Below are positions 28,832 through 38,664 of a stretch of 44,830 nt of DNA, in pieces. A program made the translations under genes and the position numbers. Numbering within the stretch: position 1 is the first letter of the stretch; each line of letters begins with the position of its first letter. This DNA comes from a virus (lineage: Duplodnaviria > Heunggongvirae > Uroviricota > Caudoviricetes): the IMG/VR virus record IMGVR_UViG_2740892487_000005, positions 1 to 44,830 of that record. The stretch is one strand, 5' to 3'. Under the pieces are notes generated by a model. It did no database searches. It saw only the letters and a program-made list of their open reading frames with translations, and was not told the DNA's origin.

Positions 28832-29212
28832 ATGGCACTGGTAGAAATCACAGCAGGTAACGTCTTCGCCGGTGCCAACCTCCGCAAACTGGAGGTTGGT
28901 GCGGTAGTTGAAGTTGACGATGTTACGGCGGCGCGCTGGAAGGCATCTGGTAAGGCAAAAGACACCGATAAGAAGAAGGGTGAGAAACTCTTTGACGACT
29001 CATCCTCGGTGGCCACGCTGCAATCAGTTGATCTGCAGGAGCAGCTCGCGGCGGTGACCAAGTCACGCGATGAGGCGCTGGAGCAGGTATCACAACTCAC
29101 CGAACAGGCAGCGAAAGAGAAGGCAGCTTTCGATGCGCAGCTCGCGGCGGTGACCAAACGCGCTGACGAAGCAGAGGCGGCACTGGCGGAAGCAACCAAG
29201 AAGGGCAAATAA
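28832..29212 (+). CDS. Hypothetical head-associated protein (coiled-coil C-terminus)
   Basis: 126-aa ORF immediately after the capsid gene. Confidence 0.45.
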   Translation: MALVEITAGNVFAGANLRKLEVGAVVEVDDVTAARWKASGKAKDTDKKKGEKLFDDSSSVATLQSVDLQEQLAAVTKSRDEALEQVSQLTEQAAKEKAAFDAQLAAVTKRADEAEAALAEATKKGK

Positions 29213-29214
29213 CC

Positions 29215-29595
29215 ATGGCTGACTCAATCACGGCGGCAGACGTGCAGGCGTTCCTCGGTGAATTGGGTTACTCCATCCCGGGCGCGCTGCTGGAGCCGAT
29301 CCTCTGCGTGGTGAACAAAATCATCCCGTGCCTCGATGGGGCAGGGTATGACGACTGCACCGCTAAGCTGATCCTGATGTACGCAGCCGCGCTGATGGCG
29401 ACGTCGTCCGGTGCGCGTCGTATCAAATCGCAGGGTGCGCCGTCTGGCGCATCACGCTCGTTTGATTACGGCGAAGACAGCATCACCTGGTTGCGCGGCT
29501 CGCTGGCAAAACTCGATACCAGCGGCTGCACTGGTGAGTTGCCAATCAGCGCCGGTAACAGCGTCGGCATGTTTATGGTTGTCGGGGGCTGCTGA
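29215..29595 (+). CDS. Putative head-tail connector/adaptor protein
   Basis: 126-aa ORF in the connector position. Confidence 0.45.
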   Translation: MADSITAADVQAFLGELGYSIPGALLEPILCVVNKIIPCLDGAGYDDCTAKLILMYAAALMATSSGARRIKSQGAPSGASRSFDYGEDSITWLRGSLAKLDTSGCTGELPISAGNSVGMFMVVGGC

Positions 29596-29768
29596 TGACC
29601 TGGATATCCGTAAGCGTGCGCCTGCCGAGTTCTTTCACCCGCGTCTGGGTGCTTACCGATACCGGGCGGGAGACTACCGGCTACGTTAAATCGGACGGTG
29701 AGTGGTTCATCAACTGTCCGCGTATTCGCGCTACGGGCGCGGTGGTGCTGCGCTGGAGGGAGGGCTGA
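29595..29768 (+). CDS. DUF551-like small protein
   Basis: Hand-translated 57-aa ORF (MTWISVSVRLPSSFTRVWVLTDTGRETTGYVKSDGEWFIN…), coupled to both neighbours by overlapping stop/start. Confidence 0.45.
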   Translation: MTWISVSVRLPSSFTRVWVLTDTGRETTGYVKSDGEWFINCPRIRATGAVVLRWREG

Positions 29769-30004
29769 TGGCTATTGTAACAAGCATGGTTGGTGCATTG
29801 AATGTGACGGTGGTTTATCGCGTTTCTGGTGAGGTTAAAACCTTCAAGGAGATAGTGGTTTCGCCAATCGTCATTGAGCGGTATTTGCAGCTGGAATGCG
29901 GAGATGCCATAGGGCTTTTCGTGCCGGTCGGTAAAGGCCAGCAAGTCAATGCGCTGAATATCGAGTGGTTTGAGATTGAGCGCGTGACCGCGCCAAAGGA
30001 GTGA
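29768..30004 (+). CDS. Hypothetical structural-module protein
   Basis: Internal Met of ORF 29702..30004 (MAIVTSMVGALN…). Confidence 0.45.
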   Translation: MAIVTSMVGALNVTVVYRVSGEVKTFKEIVVSPIVIERYLQLECGDAIGLFVPVGKGQQVNALNIEWFEIERVTAPKE

Positions 30005-30007
30005 CCC

Positions 30008-30364
30008 GTGTCGGCAACTGCAAACTGGTCCTACACCGCAAAAGCCACTATCTGGCGCAAAGGTGCGGGCGGCAGGGACGAGAACGGCGATCCGCTGAAT
30101 GGCTACGCCGCTCCGGTAGTCATCATGGTCGATTATGAGGGTGGGCTGTCAAAGCGCATCAGCAGCATTGGCGCTGAAATCGTCGTGAAGAACACCGTAT
30201 GGACGGAGTACGCGCTGGCCGACGCCGGTGATTACCTGCTGATTGGTGAGTCTACCGACGCTGATCCGGTTGCTGCTGGCGCTGACGAGGTGCGGCAGGT
30301 TATCCGCTACGCCGACACGTTCGAGCGGGTGGCGGACGATTTCGCCATCCTGACGGGAGTCTGA
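30008..30364 (+). CDS. Putative head closure / head-tail joining protein
   Basis: 118 aa, GTG start after AAGGAG; position. Confidence 0.5.
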   Translation: MSATANWSYTAKATIWRKGAGGRDENGDPLNGYAAPVVIMVDYEGGLSKRISSIGAEIVVKNTVWTEYALADAGDYLLIGESTDADPVAAGADEVRQVIRYADTFERVADDFAILTGV

Positions 30365-30366
30365 GC

Positions 30367-30831
30367 ATGGGCATCAAAGTTAAGGGCATCAGCCAGGCGA
30401 AAAAGCATCTGAACGACATCATTAACGACGTTCAGGGCCGGAAAGCAGTCCGCGCCATCCAGTCAGCGTTGATTCTTATTGGTGCCCGGGCAGCTTATTA
30501 CACCCCCATCGATACCTCTACGCTGGTCAACAGCCAGTTCCGGGAAATTGATGCGGGTGGCGTGATTATTACCGGGCGCGTCGGCTATTCGGCCAACTAT
30601 GCAGCGTACGTGCATGAGGCGTCAGGCAAGCTGAAAGGTCAGCCGCGCGCGCACTTCGGCATAACCAGCAACCGCTCTGAGTTCGGCCCGCAGAAACCGA
30701 AAGAGTTCGGCGGCGGGACCGGAAAGGGAAACTACTGGGATCCGCATGGTGAGCCGCAATTCCTGACCAAAGGTGCAAATGACGAGCGCGATAACGTTGA
30801 TGCAGTGATGCGCAAGGAACTTTCGCTATGA
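30367..30831 (+). CDS. HK97 gp10-family virion morphogenesis protein
   Basis: 154 aa; family call from memory and position. Confidence 0.6.
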   Translation: MGIKVKGISQAKKHLNDIINDVQGRKAVRAIQSALILIGARAAYYTPIDTSTLVNSQFREIDAGGVIITGRVGYSANYAAYVHEASGKLKGQPRAHFGITSNRSEFGPQKPKEFGGGTGKGNYWDPHGEPQFLTKGANDERDNVDAVMRKELSL

Positions 30832-31211
30832 CACCCATGATGCATGAACGGGTGCGCAACATGTTCGGTGATGCTGGCCTGACTGCCGGATTCACGGTGC
30901 AGAAGCTGATGTATGACGACCCGGAAGATCTGACGCAGGCTGTGATGGTGTTCAGACCGAACGGTGGTTCGAACATCCGTCACGACCTCGGCTCTGAACA
31001 TCACGTCCTCGTTGATGTGATCGGCGCGAAGGATAAGCGAGGTGACGCCGCCAATGCCGTGCAGCGCATCGTCGATTACGTCCAGGCCAACCCTATGGCT
31101 GATGAGTGCGTCGGCTACATCCAGAACATGGGCGCAATCCCTGCGCCGGTGCTGACAGCAGAAGGCCGGATAGTCTTCCGGCTCCAGTTCGCATGCACCT
31201 ATGGAGAATAG
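30828..31211 (+). CDS. Putative tail completion / tail terminator protein
   Basis: 127 aa immediately before the major tail protein. Confidence 0.5.
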   Translation: MTPMMHERVRNMFGDAGLTAGFTVQKLMYDDPEDLTQAVMVFRPNGGSNIRHDLGSEHHVLVDVIGAKDKRGDAANAVQRIVDYVQANPMADECVGYIQNMGAIPAPVLTAEGRIVFRLQFACTYGE

Positions 31212-31228
31212 CCATACCAACCAAATAG

Positions 31229-31254
31229 ACCCGCTCCGGCGGGTTTTCTTTTTT
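31229..31254 (+). terminator. Intrinsic terminator/attenuator upstream of the major tail gene
   Basis: Stem ACCCGC/GCGGGT with loop TCCG followed by a T-rich run. Confidence 0.65.
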
Positions 31255-31276
31255 ATACGTCAAAGAGGAAGTTTCT

Positions 31277-32020
31277 ATGGCTAATTGCCCTAGCTCTAAT
31301 GAGCGTCTATTCGGCGGCGCTGTCGTGCTGGAAGTCGCTGACAGCTGCCCGGATGTCAAACCACTTGAGTCTGAGTGGATGTCGCTGGCAGCCGGCACCT
31401 CCAAGGGATTCGACTTCAACCCGAACTCGGTAACCTCAGATGCTGATGACGGCGGCGGCTATGTCGAAACCATCATCACCAACAGCGATTTCACTCTGAG
31501 CTTCGAAGGTGAGGTCCGCAAAAAGGACAAACTGGACCAGTACGGTGTCGGCAAATTCATCAAGTATTTCGCTGACGAGCTGAAGGCCAAGCGCCAGCCT
31601 GGGATCTGGGTGCGCATGGACTACGGCCCGGTTGAATTCATCGGCTACATGAATATCACTTCGCTGAGTTCGGACGGCGGTACCAACGACATCGTGACGT
31701 TCTCAACCGAGTTCAAAGTGGGCGATGCCAGCACCATCGAAGTTAACGAAGTGACGGCAGTTGCGGTGACCGGCGTAACGGTGACCCCTGCTACCAGCAC
31801 AGGCGCGGCAGGCGGTACCAGCACCTTTACGGTCAATATCGCCCCGACTGGCGCAACCAACAAAGACTTCACCGTAGCATCAACCGATCCAACCAAAGCC
31901 ACTGCTACCGCCTCCGGTACCACCGTCACGGTGAGCCGCGTCGCCGCCGGCAGCGCGCAGATAATCATCAACACCGAAGACGGAAACTTTGTGGCCGTGC
32001 ATACGGTTACCGTTACCTAA
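31277..32020 (+). CDS. Major tail protein with C-terminal Ig-like (Big_2-type) domain
   Basis: 247 aa; the C-terminal Thr/Val/Ala-rich segment (…VTGVTVTPATSTGAAGGTSTFTVNIAPTGATNKDFTVAS…) is typical of Ig-like decorations on siphovirus tail tubes. Confidence 0.8.
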   Translation: MANCPSSNERLFGGAVVLEVADSCPDVKPLESEWMSLAAGTSKGFDFNPNSVTSDADDGGGYVETIITNSDFTLSFEGEVRKKDKLDQYGVGKFIKYFADELKAKRQPGIWVRMDYGPVEFIGYMNITSLSSDGGTNDIVTFSTEFKVGDASTIEVNEVTAVAVTGVTVTPATSTGAAGGTSTFTVNIAPTGATNKDFTVASTDPTKATATASGTTVTVSRVAAGSAQIIINTEDGNFVAVHTVTVT

Positions 32021-32078
32021 CGGACATTCCAAAGGGCGGCGTGCTGCCCTTGATAATGATCGTTACCCGGGAAGGAAC

Positions 32079-32753
32079 ATGACAGCATTAATCGACATTG
32101 GCGAGTTTTCTGTCAGTGATGGCCGTGAAGGCGGAAAAGACTACCTGCTGAGACCATCACTGATGGCGATGACGCGGATCGGCACTCCAGCAGAGATTGT
32201 TCAAGCGTATGCCACGGTGCACGGTAGTGATGTTGCTGCCGTCATCCAGCTCTGTACTGACACGCTTGGCCGCTTTCCTGACTGGCTGTCGCCATCCATG
32301 AATCGCATCGCAGAACGGCTGCTATCGCTGAGCATGCATATCATGCAGGCCTGCTGTGATGACGACCTCACCCCGATGATAGGTGAATGGAAAGGCTGGA
32401 GCCGATACGTCGTTTACCGGCCCGGGCAGATGCCGAGGAACGACATCATCGTGCTGGCTCAGCACCTGATGCAGCATGGCATCGTAGGTAAAGCCAGTGT
32501 GCGCCGCCTGCAGCGGCATGAGTCAGGCGAAACGACGAACGAGTTTAAGGCCTTCGACTACATTAGCGCGGCGCGTAGCCACTTCGGCATGAGCCGGGAA
32601 GAGGCTGCAGCGCTGACTATGACCGAGTTTCAGCTGATGCTCGCGCAGAAATACCCCGATCAGAAGGGCTTCACCCGCGAAGAGTACGACGCGGTTGCTG
32701 ATGACTACCTGAAAAAGCAGGCAGCACGCCGGGCGCAGGCGAATCAGAAGTAA
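32079..32753 (+). CDS. Putative tail assembly chaperone
   Basis: Start at ATG 32079 after GGAAGGAA; position between major tail protein and tape measure. Confidence 0.5.
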   Translation: MTALIDIGEFSVSDGREGGKDYLLRPSLMAMTRIGTPAEIVQAYATVHGSDVAAVIQLCTDTLGRFPDWLSPSMNRIAERLLSLSMHIMQACCDDDLTPMIGEWKGWSRYVVYRPGQMPRNDIIVLAQHLMQHGIVGKASVRRLQRHESGETTNEFKAFDYISAARSHFGMSREEAAALTMTEFQLMLAQKYPDQKGFTREEYDAVADDYLKKQAARRAQANQK

Positions 32754-32862
32754 CCGGCATTCATTCCGGGCACCTCTTGAGATCAATAAATCAGCAGTTG
32801 CCGTTGCGCCTGTGCTATTCCTGGGTAGGATGTTTCCACTTTTACCAATGGGGAATAGGGAT

Positions 32863-33201
32863 ATGAAGAAGTTAGCTTTGGCATTGCTTGCAGTGGTTTC
32901 CTTGGGAGCTACCGCGTCTAATACGTACACAAAAGAACAGCTCAACTCAATGGCTGCGTCTGGGAGTTACCCAGAACAGGAGTCACCAGTTACTAAGAGC
33001 GTTGAGTCAGTGTCATTTGAGAGGTGCAAGCAGGACACCTACGGCGTTTATAACCAAATCGCGGGCAATTATCCGGCACAAGAAGTTGTCAACACTGGCA
33101 TCCTTTACACTGTTAAAATTTGGACCAACGACGGCGTGATCATGGTTTCATGTTCAGAGCCTGATGGTAAAAAACTTGTCACTCAATCCTCCTACAAGTA
33201 A
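32863..33201 (+). CDS. Hypothetical secreted protein (signal peptide)
   Basis: Start at ATG 32863 (MKKLALALLAVVSLGATA…); AT-rich cargo. Confidence 0.55.
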   Translation: MKKLALALLAVVSLGATASNTYTKEQLNSMAASGSYPEQESPVTKSVESVSFERCKQDTYGVYNQIAGNYPAQEVVNTGILYTVKIWTNDGVIMVSCSEPDGKKLVTQSSYK

Positions 33202-33212
33202 AGGGAATCTAT

Positions 33213-33545
33213 ATGAGCGAACAAGAGCAACTTCAGCGTTTGAGTGAAGAGGTGGCCAGAGCATACCTGCGCCACCTGGAATCAACCACTGGCGGAAATA
33301 AAGTTACTTACGATGGCGTGACAAGATCAATTACCCTCGAAGAACTAGTTTTTGGTCTCATAGGGGTCGCGCACTTCAATGCGAAAAACCATCCAGATGA
33401 CGAGATACTAAAAGACCCATATAAACATCTCTCGCACATGATTGATATTTTATCAAAGCCGTATGTGATAACTGAGTTTGGTCTAAAAGTTATTGAACAT
33501 ATGAATGAAATTTCCATTCATAAACAGCGCGGGGTGTTGATGTGA
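33213..33545 (+). CDS. Hypothetical protein (110 aa)
   Basis: Middle gene of the cargo cassette. Confidence 0.5.
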   Translation: MSEQEQLQRLSEEVARAYLRHLESTTGGNKVTYDGVTRSITLEELVFGLIGVAHFNAKNHPDDEILKDPYKHLSHMIDILSKPYVITEFGLKVIEHMNEISIHKQRGVLM

Positions 33546-33919
33546 AAACGGGTGCAATGTGCTTATCTTTGCTGATTTTAATTTCTGGTTGCGATGATGG
33601 CGGAAAAGGAAGTGTATCTAACGGCGCTGATACAGCTATAACAATGTTCAAATCATCTATGAGTGAGGGGGATCATCCACCCTTCAACTATCAGCGTCTC
33701 GTATTCAAACCAGATCAGCAAAACTCAAGCAAGGTAATAAGTGGGTGGGTTTGCGGAGATGGAAGCATGAAGCGTGATGATAAGACCTTTAACTTTAAAG
33801 TTAGAGGTCATGTTATTAAGTCAGAAGATATTTCATACGTTGGTGACATAGCCGCACTGCTTTCTGATACTGAAATGGTCAAATACGACATTCTTTACAA
33901 TAAGAATTGCAAAGAATAA
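33542..33919 (+). CDS. Hypothetical lipoprotein
   Basis: Lipobox …LLILISGC… at the N-terminus. Confidence 0.55.
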   Translation: MKTGAMCLSLLILISGCDDGGKGSVSNGADTAITMFKSSMSEGDHPPFNYQRLVFKPDQQNSSKVISGWVCGDGSMKRDDKTFNFKVRGHVIKSEDISYVGDIAALLSDTEMVKYDILYNKNCKE

Positions 33920-33940
33920 GCAGTAAGGAATATTAACAAA

Positions 33941-33962
33941 CCTCGCCTTGGCGGGGTTTTTT
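33941..33962 (+). terminator. Intrinsic terminator after the lipoprotein cassette
   Basis: GC-rich stem (CCTCGC/GCGGGG) followed by T6. Confidence 0.6.
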
Positions 33963-33979
33963 ATTGCCCGGAGATAGCA

Positions 33980-36892
33980 ATGGCAAAAGAACAAAATGCT
34001 GGCAGCGTCGTCTATACGGTAAGCGCTGAGATAGAACCCCTACTGATTGCTGGTAAGCAGGCCATTGATGTTCTGGATAAGCTGGATGCAGCCGCTCAGC
34101 AGTCTGGCAAGGGAATGGATAGCCTGGACCAGAGCACATCCCAGACCGGATCGGCGTTCAACGAACTGGCTGGATATGCCAATTCAATGGATAACCAACT
34201 GCGTAAACTGAACACCAATGTAAGCGGCATAGCTCGCGCCATGGAAGAAGCTCGCAGCGGTACCGGGGGAGCTAACAGCGAGTTCAATCGTGCTGAATCA
34301 ATCATTGAGGCATTGGGTAACCAGCTGGCGATACTGGACGAGGCACAGGAGAATGGCGCTCGCAGCGCTGCAGTGTTGGCAGCCCAGTTACGCGCCGGGT
34401 CTAAAGCCACCGATGAAGAAAAGCAGAAAATTGGCGAGCTGACAGGCCGTCTATACGATATGAAAACCAGTGTAGATGCTGGTTCAAAAGGTCATGGAAA
34501 CTGGAAAAACAGCATGCAGCAAGCTGGCTACCAGGTGCAGGACTTCATCGTTCAGGTTCAGGGGGGGCAGTCTGCGCTGGTGGCCTTCGCTCAGCAAGGC
34601 TCACAGCTTGCTGGAGCTTTTGGTCCAGGAGGCGCGGTAGTAGGTGCTGTTCTTGCGCTAAGCACGGTTGTAGCAGGGGCGCTTATAACATCTTTGAACG
34701 GCGGAAAGTCTGCCATGGATGCGCTGAAAGATGCAGCCGAGGCGATGGATAAAGTCATTACTATTTCTCAAAATGGTGTGGCTGCGCTGTCAGATAAGTA
34801 TGCAATGCTCGCTAAAACTAACGCAGAAGCAGCGACCATTCTCCGCAATCAAGCCATCATTGAATATAATTCAGCTGTTTCAAAGATCCCGAAGGCTATT
34901 GGTGATGCGGCGGCTTCGGTAATTGATTTTGGCGATAAAGCTCTCAGCGCTTTTTCAGGTGGTTATGCATCAATTAAAGGTTTTAGTGACCGACTTGCCT
35001 CGCTGAATATCACCACTGATGACTACACAGAGGCAATGAAGCAGGCTTATGGCGCTGGGCAGGCCTTCCAGGCTACAGCGAGTAGCATCGGCAATACCGT
35101 TGGCTCAGTTGCGAGTAAGTTCGCAATCTCTGAGCAAGCTGCCTTTAAGCTTGTTAAACAAATGGATGAAGTGCAGCGGACCAAATCCACAGAAGCACTT
35201 CAAAGATTGGTCATAGAATTACAAAACACCAAAAGCTCATCAGATAGCGGAACTAACGCGATTATCGAGTTTTTGAAACCACTAACGGAATTAGTTGGTG
35301 CGGCTGGGATGGCAAAAGTCAACTTGGCCGGTATGAACCTTGAGATGGATAATCTCACCGCTGGCCAGAAAAACCTTATCAAGCAGACAGAGCGCAACTT
35401 AGCACTGTCAAAATTGCAGGGTGAGGAGCGAGTGCGACTGCAGGCGCAATACGCAGCTGAGGATGCAGGGTTTGCTAAAGACGACCCGCATGCTAAGCAG
35501 ATGGAGCAGGATGCAGCAGCGACCTACCGTAACACCCAGGCACAGAAAACCTTCCAATCTGAGCGGAAGAAGGGAGTCTCGCAGGCTGAATCCATTGCTC
35601 AGAAACTGGCAAATCTGAAGCAGCAGGCAGAACTGGCTGCCGGGTCGACGCAACAACTCAGCCGCGAGCAGGCCATTCTCACCGCCCAGCAATCTCTGGG
35701 TGCAGCAGCAACTCAAAAAGACCTCGAACTTGCCGGTCAGTATGCCGCTGCAAAATGGGATACTGCCAACGCGCTCAAAGCCCAGGCCGCCGCCGAGAAA
35801 CTCCTGCCGGAAACGCGCGAAAACGCCAGCTATAAGCAGGATGTTCAGGATCTGAATACTGCCCTGACCGCGAAGAAAATCAGTCAGGAACAGTACAACG
35901 AAACCGCAGAACGACTGGAGGCGACGCACCAGACCAACCTCGCCAAAATCCGCGCTCAGCAGGCGGTAACGCCCCAACAGGAGGCGGCTGGCACTGTTGA
36001 CCCGGTGCAGCAACTGGCGAACGAGAACGCGCGTAAGCTGGCGCTGATTCAGCAGTACGAGCAGCAGGGCGTATTAACCCACCAGAATGCGCTGGCGCTG
36101 CGAGCTGCTGCTGATACAGAGTACGAGCAGGCGCGCATCGCTGCACAGTGGGAGATTTACCGTAATCAGAGCACTGGCAATGAACTGCTGGCCACCTCGC
36201 TGGAAGGCCTGCAGAGCGGGGCAACCAATGCCCTCACTGGATTAATCAACGGCACCCAGAGCCTGCAGGAGGCAATGGCTAACGTTGGCTCGACCATCAT
36301 CAACAGCGTGATCGGCAGCCTCGTAGAAATGGGCATGCAGTGGGTTAAAAATCAGGTGATGGGGCAGGCAGCGGCGGCAGCCTCTCTGGCATCTACCATG
36401 GCGCAGGCAACTGCTGCAGCATCAGCTTGGGCGCCGGCAGCAATGAGTGCGTCGATCGCCACGTACGGCAGCGCCGCTGCTGTTGGTCAATCGGCTTATG
36501 CAGCCTCTCTTCTGTCAGCCAAGGGGTTAGCTGTCGCCGGTGCCCGCGAACACGGCGGGCCGGTCTCGGCCAGCTCCATGTACCGTGTGGGCGAAGGTGG
36601 CAAACCTGAGATTTTCAAAGCCAGCAATGGTAGCCAGTACATGATCCCCGGCGATAACGGTCGCGTCATCAGTAACCGCGATATTGGCGGTAGTGGCGGT
36701 GGGTTCAATTACAGCCCGGTCATCCATGTAAACGGTGACCCGACAGAGCAGCAGCTTGCCATGCTGGAGGCTGCAGTTAAGCGCGGGGCGCAGCAGGGAT
36801 ATTCCATGGCCGTCAGCGACGTCGCCAGTGGCAAAGGTAAGCTCTCCAACGCTCTGACCAACAACTTCAACACCAGTCAACGCCTCACATAA
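33980..36892 (+). CDS. Tail tape measure protein
   Basis: 970-aa Ala/Gln-rich, largely helical protein, between the tail chaperone position and the distal tail genes. Confidence 0.9.
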   Translation: MAKEQNAGSVVYTVSAEIEPLLIAGKQAIDVLDKLDAAAQQSGKGMDSLDQSTSQTGSAFNELAGYANSMDNQLRKLNTNVSGIARAMEEARSGTGGANSEFNRAESIIEALGNQLAILDEAQENGARSAAVLAAQLRAGSKATDEEKQKIGELTGRLYDMKTSVDAGSKGHGNWKNSMQQAGYQVQDFIVQVQGGQSALVAFAQQGSQLAGAFGPGGAVVGAVLALSTVVAGALITSLNGGKSAMDALKDAAEAMDKVITISQNGVAALSDKYAMLAKTNAEAATILRNQAIIEYNSAVSKIPKAIGDAAASVIDFGDKALSAFSGGYASIKGFSDRLASLNITTDDYTEAMKQAYGAGQAFQATASSIGNTVGSVASKFAISEQAAFKLVKQMDEVQRTKSTEALQRLVIELQNTKSSSDSGTNAIIEFLKPLTELVGAAGMAKVNLAGMNLEMDNLTAGQKNLIKQTERNLALSKLQGEERVRLQAQYAAEDAGFAKDDPHAKQMEQDAAATYRNTQAQKTFQSERKKGVSQAESIAQKLANLKQQAELAAGSTQQLSREQAILTAQQSLGAAATQKDLELAGQYAAAKWDTANALKAQAAAEKLLPETRENASYKQDVQDLNTALTAKKISQEQYNETAERLEATHQTNLAKIRAQQAVTPQQEAAGTVDPVQQLANENARKLALIQQYEQQGVLTHQNALALRAAADTEYEQARIAAQWEIYRNQSTGNELLATSLEGLQSGATNALTGLINGTQSLQEAMANVGSTIINSVIGSLVEMGMQWVKNQVMGQAAAAASLASTMAQATAAASAWAPAAMSASIATYGSAAAVGQSAYAASLLSAKGLAVAGAREHGGPVSASSMYRVGEGGKPEIFKASNGSQYMIPGDNGRVISNRDIGGSGGGFNYSPVIHVNGDPTEQQLAMLEAAVKRGAQQGYSMAVSDVASGKGKLSNALTNNFNTSQRLT

Positions 36893-36901
36893 GGAGTTCC
36901 C

Positions 36902-37372
36902 ATGGGGATCAGCAGCACCATTGATTTCCCGCACCAGTACCTGCCAATGCCCCAGCGATCCGGTCATGGATTCACTCCGGTAAGCCCTCTCCAGCGCTCC
37001 ACCATGACATCCGGCCGCACGCGCCAGCGTCGCAAATATACCTCTGTTCCCACTGAGGCGGGAGTTTCGTGGGTATTCAATGATGCCCAGGCGCAGCTGT
37101 TTGAGGTGTGGTTCAGGGATGTGATCACCGATGGCGCAGCATGGTTCAACATGCGCATGCGCACGCCAATGGGCGTTGGTGACTACGTCTGCCGTTTCAA
37201 GGATATCTACGACGGGCCGGTGCTGTTCGGGTTAGGGTTCTGGAAATTCACGGCAACACTGGAGCTTTGGGAGCGTCCAATCCTGCCAGCTGGCTGGGGT
37301 AATTTCCCTGAGTTCATCGTGGGGCAGAGCATTATCGATTACGCGCTCAACAAGGAGTGGCCTGAAGCATGA
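36902..37372 (+). CDS. Phage tail protein (distal tail, gpM-position)
   Basis: 156 aa immediately after the tape measure gene. Confidence 0.55.
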   Translation: MGISSTIDFPHQYLPMPQRSGHGFTPVSPLQRSTMTSGRTRQRRKYTSVPTEAGVSWVFNDAQAQLFEVWFRDVITDGAAWFNMRMRTPMGVGDYVCRFKDIYDGPVLFGLGFWKFTATLELWERPILPAGWGNFPEFIVGQSIIDYALNKEWPEA

Positions 37373-37857
37373 CCAGTCCAACCCTGAACAGGCTTTACGC
37401 CAGTGGCGGCAGCGAGGCGCTACTGAATACGCTGCAGATTACCGTCGGTGGGCAGGATTACTGGCTGGTCGAGAACTTCGAAGATATCACCGCTGTTACA
37501 GAGGCGGGGGCGGCAGTGACATTCCAGGCGGCGGCCATGGCCGTCGCGCTGCCAGCCAGGAACAAAGACGGCACGCAGGATCTGCAGTTCGCCATCAGCA
37601 ACATTGACGGCATCGTTTCCACTGCGATACGCAACGCCCTGGCTAACCTGAACAACGGCACGCTGGTAATGCGGCAGTACATATCGACTGACCTTAGCTA
37701 CCCGGCGGCACCACCGATCGTTCTGCAGATTAAGGACGGGTACTGGAAAGCGACCGAGGTGCAAATTACTGCCGGATTCCTGAATATCTTGAAAACCGCA
37801 TGGCCGCGCTATCGATACACGCTTCCTGTGTTCCCGGGACTTCGTTATTTAACTTGA
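37369..37857 (+). CDS. Phage tail protein (DUF1833-like, gpL-position)
   Basis: 162 aa; family call from memory. Confidence 0.55.
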   Translation: MTSPTLNRLYASGGSEALLNTLQITVGGQDYWLVENFEDITAVTEAGAAVTFQAAAMAVALPARNKDGTQDLQFAISNIDGIVSTAIRNALANLNNGTLVMRQYISTDLSYPAAPPIVLQIKDGYWKATEVQITAGFLNILKTAWPRYRYTLPVFPGLRYLT

Positions 37858-37912
37858 TGCTGGACCCTCTCAGAGTTCAATATTTCTCCTCACCTTACGT
37901 GAAGGAGGATTT

Positions 37913-38467
37913 ATGCTCGGCTCTCTCAGGGAAATTGTCTTCTCCGTTGCAAAGCATGAAGTTGGACACTGGCTCGCGTGGCATTGCTATGGCGGTTCTT
38001 CATCTGGCATTGAAGTAAAAATTATATCGATTAGTGGGCGACACACAGGTGCCTTTCTACCTGACATGGAGTGGGAAGTGTCTACGCTGGATGACGCTTG
38101 TAAATATTTAAAAGCCAGATTGCTGTGCCTGCACGCTGGTATTTATGCGGAATCTTTTCTCGGCAATATTTACGACGCAGAACGCATAGTCCGTGAGTTT
38201 AACCATCTCGGCGCTGCAGCATCTGATTTTCACCGGAGTATTGAGCTGGCCTGGGCTTACTGCAACCTCACAGGCCGCTCAGATCAATACAGCGCGGTTT
38301 GCAGTGAAATAGACCAGGAGGCGACCAAGCTGGTTGCGGACAATTTTGAATTTATTAAGCACGCAGCGAAAGCGATCTCAGACATGGCGGTTTACGAAGG
38401 TCAGATTATTAAACTCCCTGATTATGAACTGCAATCCATGTATGAAAAATTTAAACGTCAGAGGTGA
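37913..38467 (+). CDS. Stand-alone HExxH zinc metallopeptidase-like protein resembling the FtsH (M41) protease domain
   Basis: 184 aa; HEVGH motif followed by IEVKIISISGRHTGAF and LHAGIYAESFLG, resembling FtsH HEAGHA…HKVTIIPRG…LGGRAAEE. No ATPase domain or TM. Visibly lower GC than flanking tail genes. Confidence 0.6.
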   Translation: MLGSLREIVFSVAKHEVGHWLAWHCYGGSSSGIEVKIISISGRHTGAFLPDMEWEVSTLDDACKYLKARLLCLHAGIYAESFLGNIYDAERIVREFNHLGAAASDFHRSIELAWAYCNLTGRSDQYSAVCSEIDQEATKLVADNFEFIKHAAKAISDMAVYEGQIIKLPDYELQSMYEKFKRQR

Positions 38468-38470
38468 TGA

Positions 38471-38642
38471 ATGGAAAAAGTAACGCTGTCCGTAAAATTT
38501 GATACCACATCATTAGATGAGGCAATCGAGAAGGTCAGGACCTTAAAAAAAAGAACTAAGGGAGCTTGGCTTGCCTTACTTCACCGGCAATCCTCTGGCT
38601 GGATACCAGCCACAACAAGAAGAAAAAGCCACCAACCAGTAA
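38471..38642 (+). CDS. Hypothetical small protein (about 56 aa), partner of the metallopeptidase-like gene; frameshifted in this sequence
   Basis: Removing one A from the A8 run at 38545-38552 gives MEKVTLSVKFDTTSLDEAIEKVRTLKKELRELGLPYFTGNPLAGYQPQQEEKATNQ*, ending exactly at a strong terminator. Confidence 0.4.
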
Positions 38643-38664
38643 GCCGCTTGAAGCGGCTTTTTTT
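38641..38664 (+). terminator. Intrinsic terminator
   Basis: Perfect 7-bp stem AAGCCGC/GCGGCTT with 5-nt loop followed by T7. Confidence 0.8.

Noticed and set aside
35408-36013. Minus-strand 201-aa ORF inside the tape measure gene
   Set aside because: Antisense shadow within a 970-aa gene; low-complexity Leu/Arg-rich product.
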